Assembly (NCBI GenBank): GCA_965202785.1
Contig: OZ241855.1
Span: 1,216,001 to 1,280,000 of the forward strand
Direction: 5' to 3'
DNA from: Thermodesulfobacteriota bacterium
GTDB taxonomy: Bacteria > Desulfobacterota_D > UBA1144 > Nemesobacterales > Nemesobacteraceae
Length of the DNA: 64,000 nucleotides
The notes below the pieces were generated by a model, which searched no databases, was not told the DNA's origin, and was given only the letters and a program-made list of their open reading frames with translations. Shown in pieces: positions 1 to 9,579 of the stretch; positions within the stretch are counted from its first letter, which is position 1, and every line of letters begins with the position of its first letter. A program made the translations under genes and the position numbers.

Positions 1-68
1 GCGATGTTATCAGTCAAATGAGTCTTGTCCCGGAACTGCATCTGCGCGGACAGTTCCCGGAGGGTTAG
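1..68 (+). CDS. 3' end of an upstream gene (partial, unidentified)
   Basis: Frame 3 is open from the window edge (DVISQMSLVPELHLRGQFPEG) to TAG at 66-68, 2 nt before the pgpA start. Confidence 0.35.
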   Translation, partial: DVISQMSLVPELHLRGQFPEG

Positions 69-70
69 CC

Positions 71-523
71 TTGATAAACAGGATATGCGTTGTTTTCTCG
101 ACTTTTTTCGGGGTGGGATATGTGCCCGGAGCCCCCGGAACGGCGGGGACTCTCGCGGCGGTCGGGGTCGTATACCTGCTCAGCCTCGCGGATGGCGCGG
201 TTTTTTATTCGGCATTCACGTTGGGACTGATCCTTGCCTCTTTTATCGCCGCTGGCCGTTGCGTGCCGATTTTTAAAAGGGAAGATCCTCCTGAGGTCGT
301 GATTGATGAGGTATGCGGATTTTTGGTGTGCATGCTTTTCATAACGCCTGATCCACTTAACCTTGCAGTCGGTTTTTTCCTGTTCAGGTTTTTCGATATA
401 GCAAAGCCGTTTCCGATAAGAAGGGCCGAGAGTCTGCCGGGGGGCTACGGTATCGTTATGGATGACGTTCTGGCCGGGGTGTACGCTAATTTCTGCCTGC
501 AGGTGCTTGTCCGGCTCTATTGA
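71..523 (+). CDS. pgpA: Phosphatidylglycerophosphatase A
   Basis: Motifs GYxPxAPGTxGT, DPPEVVIDEVCG, FRFFDIAKPFPI, GYGIVMDDVLAG; GGAGG RBS before TTG; usual pgpA-cinA-recA context. Confidence 0.93.
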   Translation: MINRICVVFSTFFGVGYVPGAPGTAGTLAAVGVVYLLSLADGAVFYSAFTLGLILASFIAAGRCVPIFKREDPPEVVIDEVCGFLVCMLFITPDPLNLAVGFFLFRFFDIAKPFPIRRAESLPGGYGIVMDDVLAGVYANFCLQVLVRLY

Positions 524-552
524 TGATGCCGCGCTCCCAGTCTTTGCCGGAT

Positions 553-978
553 TCAGGAATAAAGCAGAAAAGGATTCTGCACGGTTACCGTCCCGTACGT
601 GCGTCCATGCTGAAAATCTTCCGAGAGCAGTTCCCTTATGCCGTGAACTTCCGCGTAAGCCCAGATATGGGCGTCAAACCACGACAGGCCGTATGCCACG
701 GCACCGCGCAGAGCCATTCGCAATACGGCGTCATCGGGGTAGATGACCAGGAACTGGGACATCAGTTCTTCTGCTTCGCGTATCGCGTCCGGAAGATCAA
801 GTATGCGGTCCTCGGGCGCTCCCCGGGTTGTAGCTGAGACGAATTCAACAATTGACTGGTGGGCGATGTGAGGACGCTTTCCAGCTATGCCACCACGAAC
901 AACACTCCTTGCAATCCGTTTCTTGTCTGGAAACCGACCGTCATAGCAATAGATCAGCACGTTGGTGTCAATCAGCAT
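553..978 (-). CDS. vapC: PIN-domain (VapC) toxin
   Basis: Likely start is ATG at 978 (MLIDTNVLIY). PIN motifs DTN, E in SIVEF, SWFDAHIWAYA, LLSEDFQHG..NPF. Start overlaps the antitoxin stop. Confidence 0.88.
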   Translation of the reverse strand: MLIDTNVLIYCYDGRFPDKKRIARSVVRGGIAGKRPHIAHQSIVEFVSATTRGAPEDRILDLPDAIREAEELMSQFLVIYPDDAVLRMALRGAVAYGLSWFDAHIWAYAEVHGIRELLSEDFQHGRTYGTVTVQNPFLLYS

Positions 979-1264
979 TTGGACTGCCACGAGTGTAGAG
1001 TTCTTCTCGGGTCCAGCCTCGCTCAGTCGCAGGAGCCCGTGTCCTTCCCGCTTCACGGGCATCTTGCCGGGCCATTGCCTCATCAAACATGCGCAGACGC
1101 GTTTCAGTGTCGAGCTCCTTTTTTTGCGTCCGGGCACCTGCGGGCACCACGCGGATTGTTTCTCCGGCCTCCTCAAAACGTATATCATCTCCTGGCCGAA
1201 TGTCGTAACGCTTGGCAATCGCTTTTGGCACCGTTACCTGTAATTTGCTGCTTACTTTAGCCAT
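968..1264 (-). CDS. vapB: AbrB/MazE-family (VapB) antitoxin
   Basis: N-terminal KVSSKLQVTVPKAIAKRYDIRPGDDIRF swapped-hairpin signature; lies directly upstream of the PIN gene. Confidence 0.88.
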   Translation of the reverse strand: MAKVSSKLQVTVPKAIAKRYDIRPGDDIRFEEAGETIRVVPAGARTQKKELDTETRLRMFDEAMARQDAREAGRTRAPATERGWTREELYTRGSPNAD

Positions 1265-1270
1265 ATCCTT

Positions 1271-1298
1271 ACTTTATCAAAGAAAGTTTCTTTGTCAA
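1271..1298 (-). promoter_or_regulatory. Sigma70 promoter of vapBC with palindromic operator
   Basis: Minus strand reads TTGACA-N16-TAAAGT (TG-extended -10), then 6 nt to the ATG. A perfect inverted repeat CAAAGAAA-g-TTTCTTTG (1278-1294) fills the spacer. Confidence 0.7.
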
Positions 1299-1350
1299 TC
1301 ATGTGATAACCTTTCCACCGGGTTTTCTTACCAGTTAAAATTACCCGGCA

Positions 1351-2595
1351 ATGTGTGTTGAGATAATCACAACCGGAAATGAGATAATGAGCGGTCTCAC
1401 CCGGGATACCAATTTCAGCTGGGTAGCCGCGGAACTGTCCTCATCCGGTATTGAGGTTAAGCACCACTGCGCGGTCGCCGATGATCTTGACGATCTTCTC
1501 GCTTCTTTCGCTACGGCATCAAAGAGAGCCAGATTTGTAATAGTCACAGGAGGGCTTGGCCCCACCGAGGATGATCTGAGCGCGCTTGCCGCCTCGAAGT
1601 TTCTGGGAACTCCCCTTGTTTTTAATCCAGCGGTCTATGGAGACATCGCCCGAAAACTTAGGAGTAGGGGAAGGGAGCCCAACATCCATCATGAAAAACA
1701 GGCCATGTTCCCTGAAAAAACGGCGGTTATTGAAAATCCCGTCGGTACGGCCGCAGGGTTCAGTTTTGTTTCCGGCAACTCGAAATTCTACTTTCTTCCC
1801 GGTGTCCCGAGGGAATTCCGGCAGATGTTCAGAGAACATGTTTTCCCGGATATAAGTGGTGTTGCGGAAAAGGGAAGCATCCTGCGCGTGAGAGTGCTCA
1901 GGACCTTTGGCCTGGGCGAATCCGAGGTGGCGGAAAAACTGGAAGGCTTCTCCCCCGAAGGGGTGGATGTCGGGTACAGGATCCGCCTGCCCGAGATCCA
2001 TCTGCGTCTCACGACCTCGGGTCATGATGGCGAGGTGCTGGATTTGCTTCTGCGCGATGCCTGTGCGCAGGCGAAAGAAAGACTGGGGGATTTTCTCTTT
2101 TCCCAGGAGGACGAACCCCTTGAGGAGGTGACCGCGGCTTTGTTGCTTGAAAAAGACCTGACCCTTTCTGCCGCGGAGTCTTGCACAGGAGGGCTTTGCT
2201 CGAGCCGCTTTACGGACATTCCCGGAAGTTCGGCTTACTTTCTGGGCGGAGCGGTGGTATACAGCAACGAATCAAAGGAGAAGCTTCTCGGGGTAAACGT
2301 GGATACGCTCACCAGGTTCGGCGCGGTGAGCGAGCAGGTGGTTTTCGAAATGGCCCGTGGGGCGAGAGATCTTTTCGGAACCGATATAGGAATTTCCATA
2401 TCCGGGATTGCGGGTCCGGGAGGCGGGACCGCGGAGAAGCCCGTGGGCACCGTGTGGTTCGGATTCAGTCACCCGACCTCGGGGACTTTCTGCGAGAAAC
2501 GGAATTTTGCCGGAACCAGGGACGAGATAAAAAACTTTGCCGCTTCCACAGCCATCGATATGGTTAGGAAGTTCTGCCTTGATTATGTAGGATAG
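1351..2595 (+). CDS. cinA: Competence/damage-inducible protein A (MoCF-like domain plus PncC NMN deamidase)
   Basis: TGNEI..G..DTN, TGGLGPTEDD, LPGVPRE, AESCTGG, SGIAGPGGG..KPVGTV. Confidence 0.95.
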   Translation: MCVEIITTGNEIMSGLTRDTNFSWVAAELSSSGIEVKHHCAVADDLDDLLASFATASKRARFVIVTGGLGPTEDDLSALAASKFLGTPLVFNPAVYGDIARKLRSRGREPNIHHEKQAMFPEKTAVIENPVGTAAGFSFVSGNSKFYFLPGVPREFRQMFREHVFPDISGVAEKGSILRVRVLRTFGLGESEVAEKLEGFSPEGVDVGYRIRLPEIHLRLTTSGHDGEVLDLLLRDACAQAKERLGDFLFSQEDEPLEEVTAALLLEKDLTLSAAESCTGGLCSSRFTDIPGSSAYFLGGAVVYSNESKEKLLGVNVDTLTRFGAVSEQVVFEMARGARDLFGTDIGISISGIAGPGGGTAEKPVGTVWFGFSHPTSGTFCEKRNFAGTRDEIKNFAASTAIDMVRKFCLDYVG

Positions 2596-2639
2596 TAGTT
2601 TCAGAATCCTAAAAAAACCGAAACGGAGATTAAGACGGA

Positions 2640-3671
2640 ATGAGCGATCTTGACGAGAAGAACAAGAATATAGATGTAGCTATCAGCACCATAGAGAAGC
2701 AGTTTGGAAAGGGTTCCATAATGAGACTGGGGGAAGACGCTTCCCTCTCGGACATTCCGGTTATTACCTCGGGTTCCCTTGGACTTGATATAGCGCTTGG
2801 AGTCGGGGGGTTTCCCAGGGGAAGAATCGTCGAAGTTTACGGTCCGGAGGCCTCGGGCAAGACCACCATAGCGCTCCACGCAATCGCGGAAGCCCAGAAG
2901 GCCGGCGGAATAACCGCATTTGTCGATGCCGAGCATGCTCTTTCGACAAGCTACGCGGCGGCACTTGGGATTAAAGTGGAGGACCTTCTTATTTCGCAGC
3001 CCGATTTCGGAGAACAGGCCCTTGAAATTGTCGATACTCTCATAAGAAGCAATGCGGTTGACCTCATAGTGCTTGACTCGGTTGCGGCCCTTACCCCGCG
3101 CGCCGAAATCGAGGGGGAGATGGGAGACACTCACGTAGGTCTTCAGGCAAGGCTTATGTCGCAGGCGCTTCGCAAGATAACTGCTAACGTGAGCCGCTCG
3201 AAAACCATAGTTATTTTCGTTAACCAGCTTCGCATGAAGATCGGGGTTCCGGCGTACATGAACCCCGAAACCACAACCGGGGGTAACGCGCTTCGGTTCT
3301 ACTCGTCGGTGAGAGTTGACATAAGGCGCATTGGATCTCTTAAGGACGGCGACCGTATAATTGGCAACAGGGTCAGGGCGAAGCTTGTCAAGAATAAAGT
3401 CGCTCCGCCTTTTAGGGAGGCGGAATTCGAGGTGATTTTCGGAAGGGGAATATCAAAACTCGGGGAGCTTGTGGATCTTGGAACCAAGTTCAACGTGGTA
3501 AAGAAAAGCGGAACTTGGTATTCCTACGAAGGCGAGAGAATAGGACAGGGCAGGGAGAATTCCAAAAAATTTCTGCACGAACATCCGGAAATTCGCGAAA
3601 AAATAAGAAACGGGATCATAGAAGCCTCGGGGATAGGTTCTTCTGAGGAAGTGGAAACTTCGAAAAAATAA
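2640..3671 (+). CDS. recA: Recombinase A
   Basis: GPEASGKTT Walker [33 protein letters not shown]. Confidence 0.99.
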   Translation: MSDLDEKNKNIDVAISTIEKQFGKGSIMRLGEDASLSDIPVITSGSLGLDIALGVGGFPRGRIVEVYGPEASGKTTIALHAIAEAQKAGGITAFVDAEHALSTSYAAALGIKVEDLLISQPDFGEQALEIVDTLIRSNAVDLIVLDSVAALTPRAEIEGEMGDTHVGLQARLMSQALRKITANVSRSKTIVIFVNQLRMKIGVPAYMNPETTTGGNALRFYSSVRVDIRRIGSLKDGDRIIGNRVRAKLVKNKVAPPFREAEFEVIFGRGISKLGELVDLGTKFNVVKKSGTWYSYEGERIGQGRENSKKFLHEHPEIREKIRNGIIEASGIGSSEEVETSKK

Positions 3672-3980
3672 TCTCTATTCTGTTGTCTAGATAAGAATTT
3701 AGCATTTTTAGATTAAGAGAGAAGTGATTTCCTTATTGAGAAAGAGAATCCACACAGTCTGTTTCAGAAATAAGACAGTCTTAAACATTTATTTATTCGC
3801 TTCTTAGCTGGGTAGTTCATGACTTAGTATTCAAGTTTGAACCCTGACTTTGCAAGTGGGTTTCTATCAAGATAAAAAACAAAATAGACCATTATCCTCG
3901 AGAATGTCTCAGTCTTAGAATACCGAATAGAGTTTTATTTACTGCTGAACCATCTGCGATGCTTAAGGGTTAGATCTAAG

Positions 3981-6548
3981 ATGAAATATATAAAAGGAAA
4001 AAAGTTTGTGCGAAGTGTTGAAGATCTCAACCGCGGAGGCGGCCAATCTTCTAAAGTGGCAGATAAGATATTTGCTGCTATAGGAAAGTTAGGTATCGGC
4101 AAAGACCCCTTCAAAGGTTTTAAGCTTACGAGACACGGTGAAAGCCGCATTAAGAACTGTCGAAAATATGATCTGGGAAATGGCTGTCGGCTTATTACTG
4201 TGGTCAAAGATGGAAATTGTTTTTTGCTTTACGCCGGTTCTCACGATGATTGTGATAAGTGGCTTGACAGGCACAGAGGTATTACTCCATCCGTGAATAA
4301 TGATGGAAATATTGTTGAAACGTTTCAATCTAATAATCTTGATCCGTCTATTCGGATAATAGGCAATTCCGATTCTTCGCATGGAAAACTTTTTGAAAAA
4401 CTTGAAGATAAAGACTTTGATTTTCTAGTTGAAGGTGTCTCTTGGAGAATCGTTAATCAAATAACAGATCTGGAATCAATCAACGACGAAGATGAAATCT
4501 ATGAAGTTGTCAAAGATATAGAAGATGAAGACAGGCGGAAAGCAATTTACGATACCTTCGTGAAGCTTAGGCAAGGTGACATCAAAGCTGCCGTTAATTG
4601 TGTGGCTTCTTTACGTGGTGATATTGTTTCTATTGGATCTGATACTGAAGTTAAAAATAGCGATGATTTCCATATTATTACAACAAATTCACCTCGAGAG
4701 TTAGAACAATTTGAATATTACATTCGCAATGCTGATTATCGGGACTGGATGATGTTCATGCATCCAGAGCAGCAAAGAATGGCAACTGCTGAATTTTCCG
4801 GTCCAACCAAACTTACCGGAGTGTCTGGGTCCGGCAAAACCTGTATTGTGGTAAAACGCGCTATCACACTTGCTGAACGTTATCCGGATGAAAAGATTCT
4901 CGTCTTGACTCTGAACCGCCCCTTAGCTGGCCTGATTCAAGATCTTGTTTTGAATTGTTGTGCTTTTCCAGAAGTGCGAGGCCATATTAAGGTAGCACCT
5001 TTTTTTGAGCTTTGCCAAGAATTTCTGGGTGAATTCGAACCGGAAAACAAAAAAACTTATGATGATCAGACGTGGAAAACGCTTGAACACATTGATGATG
5101 TATGGAGGGAGTTTTATAGACTTGAACTTAATAATAGGGATGCGGAGTGTATGTTGCCCGTTCATGATTCTCTTATATCCCAAGGTATTGACGCCGAGCG
5201 TTACATACGAGAGGAGTTTGACTGGATTAGAAGTGCTATGAGTTATGGTCAACGTGAAAGGTATCTAGGCGGAATTGAACGTTCAGGAAGATCCTATCCT
5301 TTACTTAAAGAATTTCGCTCTATGTTATTAAATGGTCTCGAAAAATGGGAACATAAAATGCGGGAAATTGGGATAACCGATTATTTGGGAGTTGCCACGG
5401 CTCTTTACCGCCATAGGGATAGATTACAACCGACTTATAGATGTATACTCATCGACGAGTGTCAGGACTTTGGCACGATTGAACTTGAACTCGTAGTGGC
5501 GCTTGCTCAAGACGGAACTGATAACCTCTTTTTTTGTGGAGATGCAGCACAACATGTTTCGTGGAAACATCAGTCTTTTAAAGATGCAGGTATTTCTTTG
5601 CCTGGGGCCCGTTCAAGGAAAATTGATCAAAACTATCGCAATAGTCGTAATATCTTGCAGGTAGCCTATGAGATCCTCTGTAACAATCTTACTGAAGAAA
5701 TGATTGAGAAAGAAGATTTCGAGATACTTGATCCGAAATTTGCCAATTTCGGTGGACCGAAACCATTACGACTCAAAGCAAGATCGCTTGAGGATGAAAT
5801 AGCATACGCAATTGCTTATGCAAGATCGGAACTCGAAGGTTATCCAAATCGCAAGGCGTGTATCGCTATCTGTGGTTACACCCTTCAACAAATACAAGAA
5901 TTGGGCAAGAGGAACAGTCTCCCCGTTCTTGAAGGTACTCTAAGCATTGAAAAAGAGCCACTTTTTCTTTCAGATCTAGAGCAGACGAAGGGTTTTGAGT
6001 TCGATTTGGTATGTATAGTGAATGCAGGTAAAGGGGTAATTCCTAACCTTGCAACGCCCTCGCACGAGCAGTTCAGGGATTTGTCTAAGCTGTATGTCGC
6101 TATGACTAGAGCGAAACTTAAATTAATACTTTCTTATTCTGGAGATCCTTCTCCTTATCTTGAATTTAACAGAGCGGAAGAGTACTTTCGCTCCGAGATG
6201 TGGGAGGATTCTTTCCACGGGGAGAAAATCCTGAAGCTAGGTGTGCCACCGAATTTAGATGAATTGCACGAGAAGCATTTACGGTACGATTTGCCGTTGT
6301 TTGACAAAATGAAGATAGAAGAGTTTCTCTATACTCCTCAAGCCCGCGGACTTTCACTTAGGCTAATCAGAAAACTCCGGGATTTGGTGAAAGGGAAAAC
6401 TCGAAACAAGAAAAATCCCCTTATAAAGTGGCGAGTGCTGTCTGAAATTGCAGAAAAAGCAATTGAATATCCAGATGAGGCCCGCAAACACTTTGGATCG
6501 GAATACGAAGAATTTCAGGAACTTGTAGAGCGTCTAGGTCTTCACTAA
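3981..6548 (+). CDS. SF1 (UvrD/Rep-like) helicase with N-terminal RelE/YafQ-like domain; candidate defence gene
   Basis: Helicase motifs GVSGSGKT, LIDECQD, GDAAQ, NYRNS, KGFEFD, LYVAMTRAK. The first ~100 aa end in RLITV..FLLYAGSHDD. AT-rich relative to its flanks. Confidence 0.8.
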   Translation: MKYIKGKKFVRSVEDLNRGGGQSSKVADKIFAAIGKLGIGKDPFKGFKLTRHGESRIKNCRKYDLGNGCRLITVVKDGNCFLLYAGSHDDCDKWLDRHRGITPSVNNDGNIVETFQSNNLDPSIRIIGNSDSSHGKLFEKLEDKDFDFLVEGVSWRIVNQITDLESINDEDEIYEVVKDIEDEDRRKAIYDTFVKLRQGDIKAAVNCVASLRGDIVSIGSDTEVKNSDDFHIITTNSPRELEQFEYYIRNADYRDWMMFMHPEQQRMATAEFSGPTKLTGVSGSGKTCIVVKRAITLAERYPDEKILVLTLNRPLAGLIQDLVLNCCAFPEVRGHIKVAPFFELCQEFLGEFEPENKKTYDDQTWKTLEHIDDVWREFYRLELNNRDAECMLPVHDSLISQGIDAERYIREEFDWIRSAMSYGQRERYLGGIERSGRSYPLLKEFRSMLLNGLEKWEHKMREIGITDYLGVATALYRHRDRLQPTYRCILIDECQDFGTIELELVVALAQDGTDNLFFCGDAAQHVSWKHQSFKDAGISLPGARSRKIDQNYRNSRNILQVAYEILCNNLTEEMIEKEDFEILDPKFANFGGPKPLRLKARSLEDEIAYAIAYARSELEGYPNRKACIAICGYTLQQIQELGKRNSLPVLEGTLSIEKEPLFLSDLEQTKGFEFDLVCIVNAGKGVIPNLATPSHEQFRDLSKLYVAMTRAKLKLILSYSGDPSPYLEFNRAEEYFRSEMWEDSFHGEKILKLGVPPNLDELHEKHLRYDLPLFDKMKIEEFLYTPQARGLSLRLIRKLRDLVKGKTRNKKNPLIKWRVLSEIAEKAIEYPDEARKHFGSEYEEFQELVERLGLH

Positions 6549-6704
6549 AAAATGTTCGAATTGCTGGACGAAGTGAAATTAATCAATTGGTAATACTCAG
6601 TTTCAAGGTAGTTGAAGCGTATTTTTAGGTCTGGTGACCGTTTAACCTATTATGCTTCACAGATGTTAGGGGTGATTTCAGCTTTTCTGTTTTGAGGGAT
6701 ACAG

Positions 6705-7391
6705 ATGAAAATTCTGGGAATCGAAACGTCTACTTTCTCGGGAAGCGTGTCAATATCCGATGACGATGCGCTTCTTTGCGAATATGTCTTCAACACCGGT
6801 CCGAGGCATAACGAGGTGCTTATTCCCACGATCGAGCGGCTTCTTTCGGACTGCGGGCTCGGAAAAGATGATCTGGATGCGGTCTGCGTGTCAGTGGGTC
6901 CGGGTTCTTTCACCTCTCTTCGCATAGGGGTCTCCACGGCGAAAACCCTTTGTTATTCCTTGGGAACCGACCTCGCGGGAGTTCCATCCCTTGAAATTCT
7001 CACGTCAAATGCGCTTTGGTGCGGAGATGACGTGTGCGCCATGACCGACGCTGGCAGAGGGGAGGTCTTCTTTTCATTTTATGATTCCAAAGGCGAAGAG
7101 ATAAACCCCGCGGAAATCGCCACACCGGAGTCTGTATGCGCCGGAGTGAGAAGAAAGACCGTTTTTGTGGGCAGCGGAGCCCTGCTCCACGAAAATCTCA
7201 TACGGGATTCCGTGGGGGAGAGAGCCGTGTTTCTGCCTGCGAATCTGAACACCCCGAGGGCGTCTGGCTGCGCGCTTTTGGGGAGAAAAAAGATTCTTTC
7301 CGGACATAAGGACGATCCCTTCACTCTAATTCCTTTCTATCTTCGCCGCTCCGCTGCGGAACGCAAAGCGGTATCAGCGGAAGAAAGGTAA
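6705..7391 (+). CDS. tsaB: tRNA threonylcarbamoyladenosine biosynthesis protein TsaB
   Basis: MKILGIETST, GPGSFTSLRIG, C-terminal PFYLRRSAAE. Confidence 0.95.
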   Translation: MKILGIETSTFSGSVSISDDDALLCEYVFNTGPRHNEVLIPTIERLLSDCGLGKDDLDAVCVSVGPGSFTSLRIGVSTAKTLCYSLGTDLAGVPSLEILTSNALWCGDDVCAMTDAGRGEVFFSFYDSKGEEINPAEIATPESVCAGVRRKTVFVGSGALLHENLIRDSVGERAVFLPANLNTPRASGCALLGRKKILSGHKDDPFTLIPFYLRRSAAERKAVSAEER

Positions 7392-7498
7392 AAATCTTTT
7401 CCCCTAGTGGTCTTGAAGTTGTACGCACGCGGTGATAAATTAAGCGGATGGGTTGTTGGTACTCCACATTTTAAAAACAACCAGGGAGATATAGTAAA

Positions 7499-9211
7499 AT
7501 GGCCAAGATGCTCGGCGCACAGATGTTCTTTGAGACGCTTCTTCACCAGGGTATTGACGTGGTCTTCGGACTGCCGGGAGGTTACGTTCTCAAGGTCTAT
7601 GACGTGATGACCGATTACACCGACAGGATAAATCACGTGCTGGTGAGGCATGAGCAGGGGGCTACGCACATGGCCGACGGGTACGCAAGAGCTTCGGGAA
7701 AACCGGGAGTGGTTCTTTGCACCTCGGGTCCTGCGGCAACCAACACCGTTACCGGTATTGCGACGGCGCAGATGGATTCATCTCCCATAGTTATCTTTAC
7801 GGGACAGGTTCCGACTCAGTACCTTGGAAGCGACGCCTTTCAGGAAGCCGATCATATCGGCATAACAAGACCCTGCACGAAACATAACTACCTTGTACGA
7901 GAAACCAGGGATCTTCCGAGAGCGATGAAAGAGGCTTTCCACATAGCCGGCACCGGAAGACCCAGCCCTGTTCTGGTTGATATGCCAAAGGACGTTCTCA
8001 TAGGAGAAGACGAGCTTGTAATCCCCGAGGATCACGAGATAGATATCAAAGGTTACAAGCCCACTACGAGGGGAAATCCTTCGCAGATAAAAAGAGCGGT
8101 GGAGATGCTGCTTGCCTCAAAGCAGCCCGTTATTTATTCCGGGGGAGGAGTTATCTGGTCCGGGGCTACGGATGAACTGCTTGAGTTCTGCCACCGGCTT
8201 CAGATACCTGTAGCTTCAACACTCATGGGCCTTGGGGGTTATCCGGCGAGCGATCCTCTCTTCATAAGCATGCTCGGGATGCACGGTTCCTACGCCGCCA
8301 ATATGACAGTTACCGAATCGGACCTCGTTATCTCGATCGGCGGACGGTTTGATGACAGGGCTACGGGCGGGAACTTTGATGAGTTTGCTCCCAACGCGGA
8401 GATTATACATATAGATATAGATCCCTCCTCGATAGACAAGAACATAACGGTTCAGTGTCCGATAGTAGGGGATGCCAAAGTTGTTCTGCGCCAGATACTC
8501 GATGCTCTCCCCGGGGAGATTGACCTTGAGGGAAGGGAATCCTGGCTCAGGCGGATACGGGACTGGAACGAGAAGCATCCGCTCACCTATTCCCAGGGAA
8601 GCGAGAAAATTCTCACGACCTACGCCATAGACACGCTTTACAAGCTCACCAAAGGGGACGCCATAATAGTTTCCGACGTAGGTCAGCACCAGATGTGGGT
8701 GGCCCAGTTCTACAAGTTCGAAAGACCGAGAACCCATCTTACCTCAGGGGGCCTGGGAACCATGGGATTCAGTTTCCCTGCGGCTATGGGAGCGAAATAC
8801 GCAAGGCCTGACGAACAGGTTATATGCGTTGCCGGCGACGGAAGCTTCCAGATGAATTTCCAGGAGCTCGCGACTGCGGTTGAAAACAATCTGGATCTTA
8901 AGATTATAGTTTTCAACAACCGTCACCACGGAATGGTAAGGCAGTGGCAGACCATGTTTTTTGAGGGCAATTTCTCGGCATCTCGGTTTGAAGTGCTGCC
9001 GGATTTCGTGAAGCTCGCAGAAGCGTTTGGAGCCCGCGGCCTTCGGGCGGTGAAGCCCGAGGAGCTTGAGCCCACTCTCAGGGAAGGCCTCAACACTCCG
9101 GGAGTTGTTCTCATGGAGATAGAAGTCGATTGTACGGAAATGGTTTATCCGATGATAGCCCCCGGTGCATCGATGGACAACATGATAATGATGCCCGCGG
9201 ATCTTGCCTGA
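7499..9211 (+). CDS. ilvB: Acetolactate synthase, large subunit
   Basis: RHEQGATHMADGYAR, DVGQHQMW, SGGLGTMGF, GDGSFQM..NN TPP-binding motif, GMVRQWQ. Confidence 0.96.
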   Translation: MAKMLGAQMFFETLLHQGIDVVFGLPGGYVLKVYDVMTDYTDRINHVLVRHEQGATHMADGYARASGKPGVVLCTSGPAATNTVTGIATAQMDSSPIVIFTGQVPTQYLGSDAFQEADHIGITRPCTKHNYLVRETRDLPRAMKEAFHIAGTGRPSPVLVDMPKDVLIGEDELVIPEDHEIDIKGYKPTTRGNPSQIKRAVEMLLASKQPVIYSGGGVIWSGATDELLEFCHRLQIPVASTLMGLGGYPASDPLFISMLGMHGSYAANMTVTESDLVISIGGRFDDRATGGNFDEFAPNAEIIHIDIDPSSIDKNITVQCPIVGDAKVVLRQILDALPGEIDLEGRESWLRRIRDWNEKHPLTYSQGSEKILTTYAIDTLYKLTKGDAIIVSDVGQHQMWVAQFYKFERPRTHLTSGGLGTMGFSFPAAMGAKYARPDEQVICVAGDGSFQMNFQELATAVENNLDLKIIVFNNRHHGMVRQWQTMFFEGNFSASRFEVLPDFVKLAEAFGARGLRAVKPEELEPTLREGLNTPGVVLMEIEVDCTEMVYPMIAPGASMDNMIMMPADLA

Positions 9212-9579
9212 TACCGCGCTATGCTTTCCGGGCCGGACTCAAGGTTCTTTCCCCGCCTTCATATATGCTTTTCTGATTGCTGCCATTGCTAAGCCGGCCA
9301 ATGCTGTTTACATAAGTCTGTTGTGTACGCAGATGGCCGTCGGGTTCTGGAAGAAAAACCGCGGGTGGTCGATTCAATCGGCGTTTTAATCTGTCCGATA
9401 TTGTTTCCGGACTTACGCATGAGCCCTGAGAACATCATCGATGTCCGAAAGAATCCTTGAAATAGGCTCAGTTTGGATGGCGGTTAAAATTTAATTCCCT
9501 TCCTGCGCCCTCCTCCTGTTCCTTGAACTATCCGTTCTCGCGGGCAATAATAGTGAGGCAGTTTCTTTAGGACCCTGAA

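Noticed and set aside
979-1218. N-terminal 80-aa extension of the PIN ORF in the ORF track
   Set aside because: It overlaps the antitoxin gene in another frame; the PIN domain starts at the ATG at 978.
544-1351. 7-bp inverted repeat (TTGCCGG/CCGGCAA) flanking vapBC as possible mobile-element ends
   Set aside because: Too short, with no target-site duplication or transposase.
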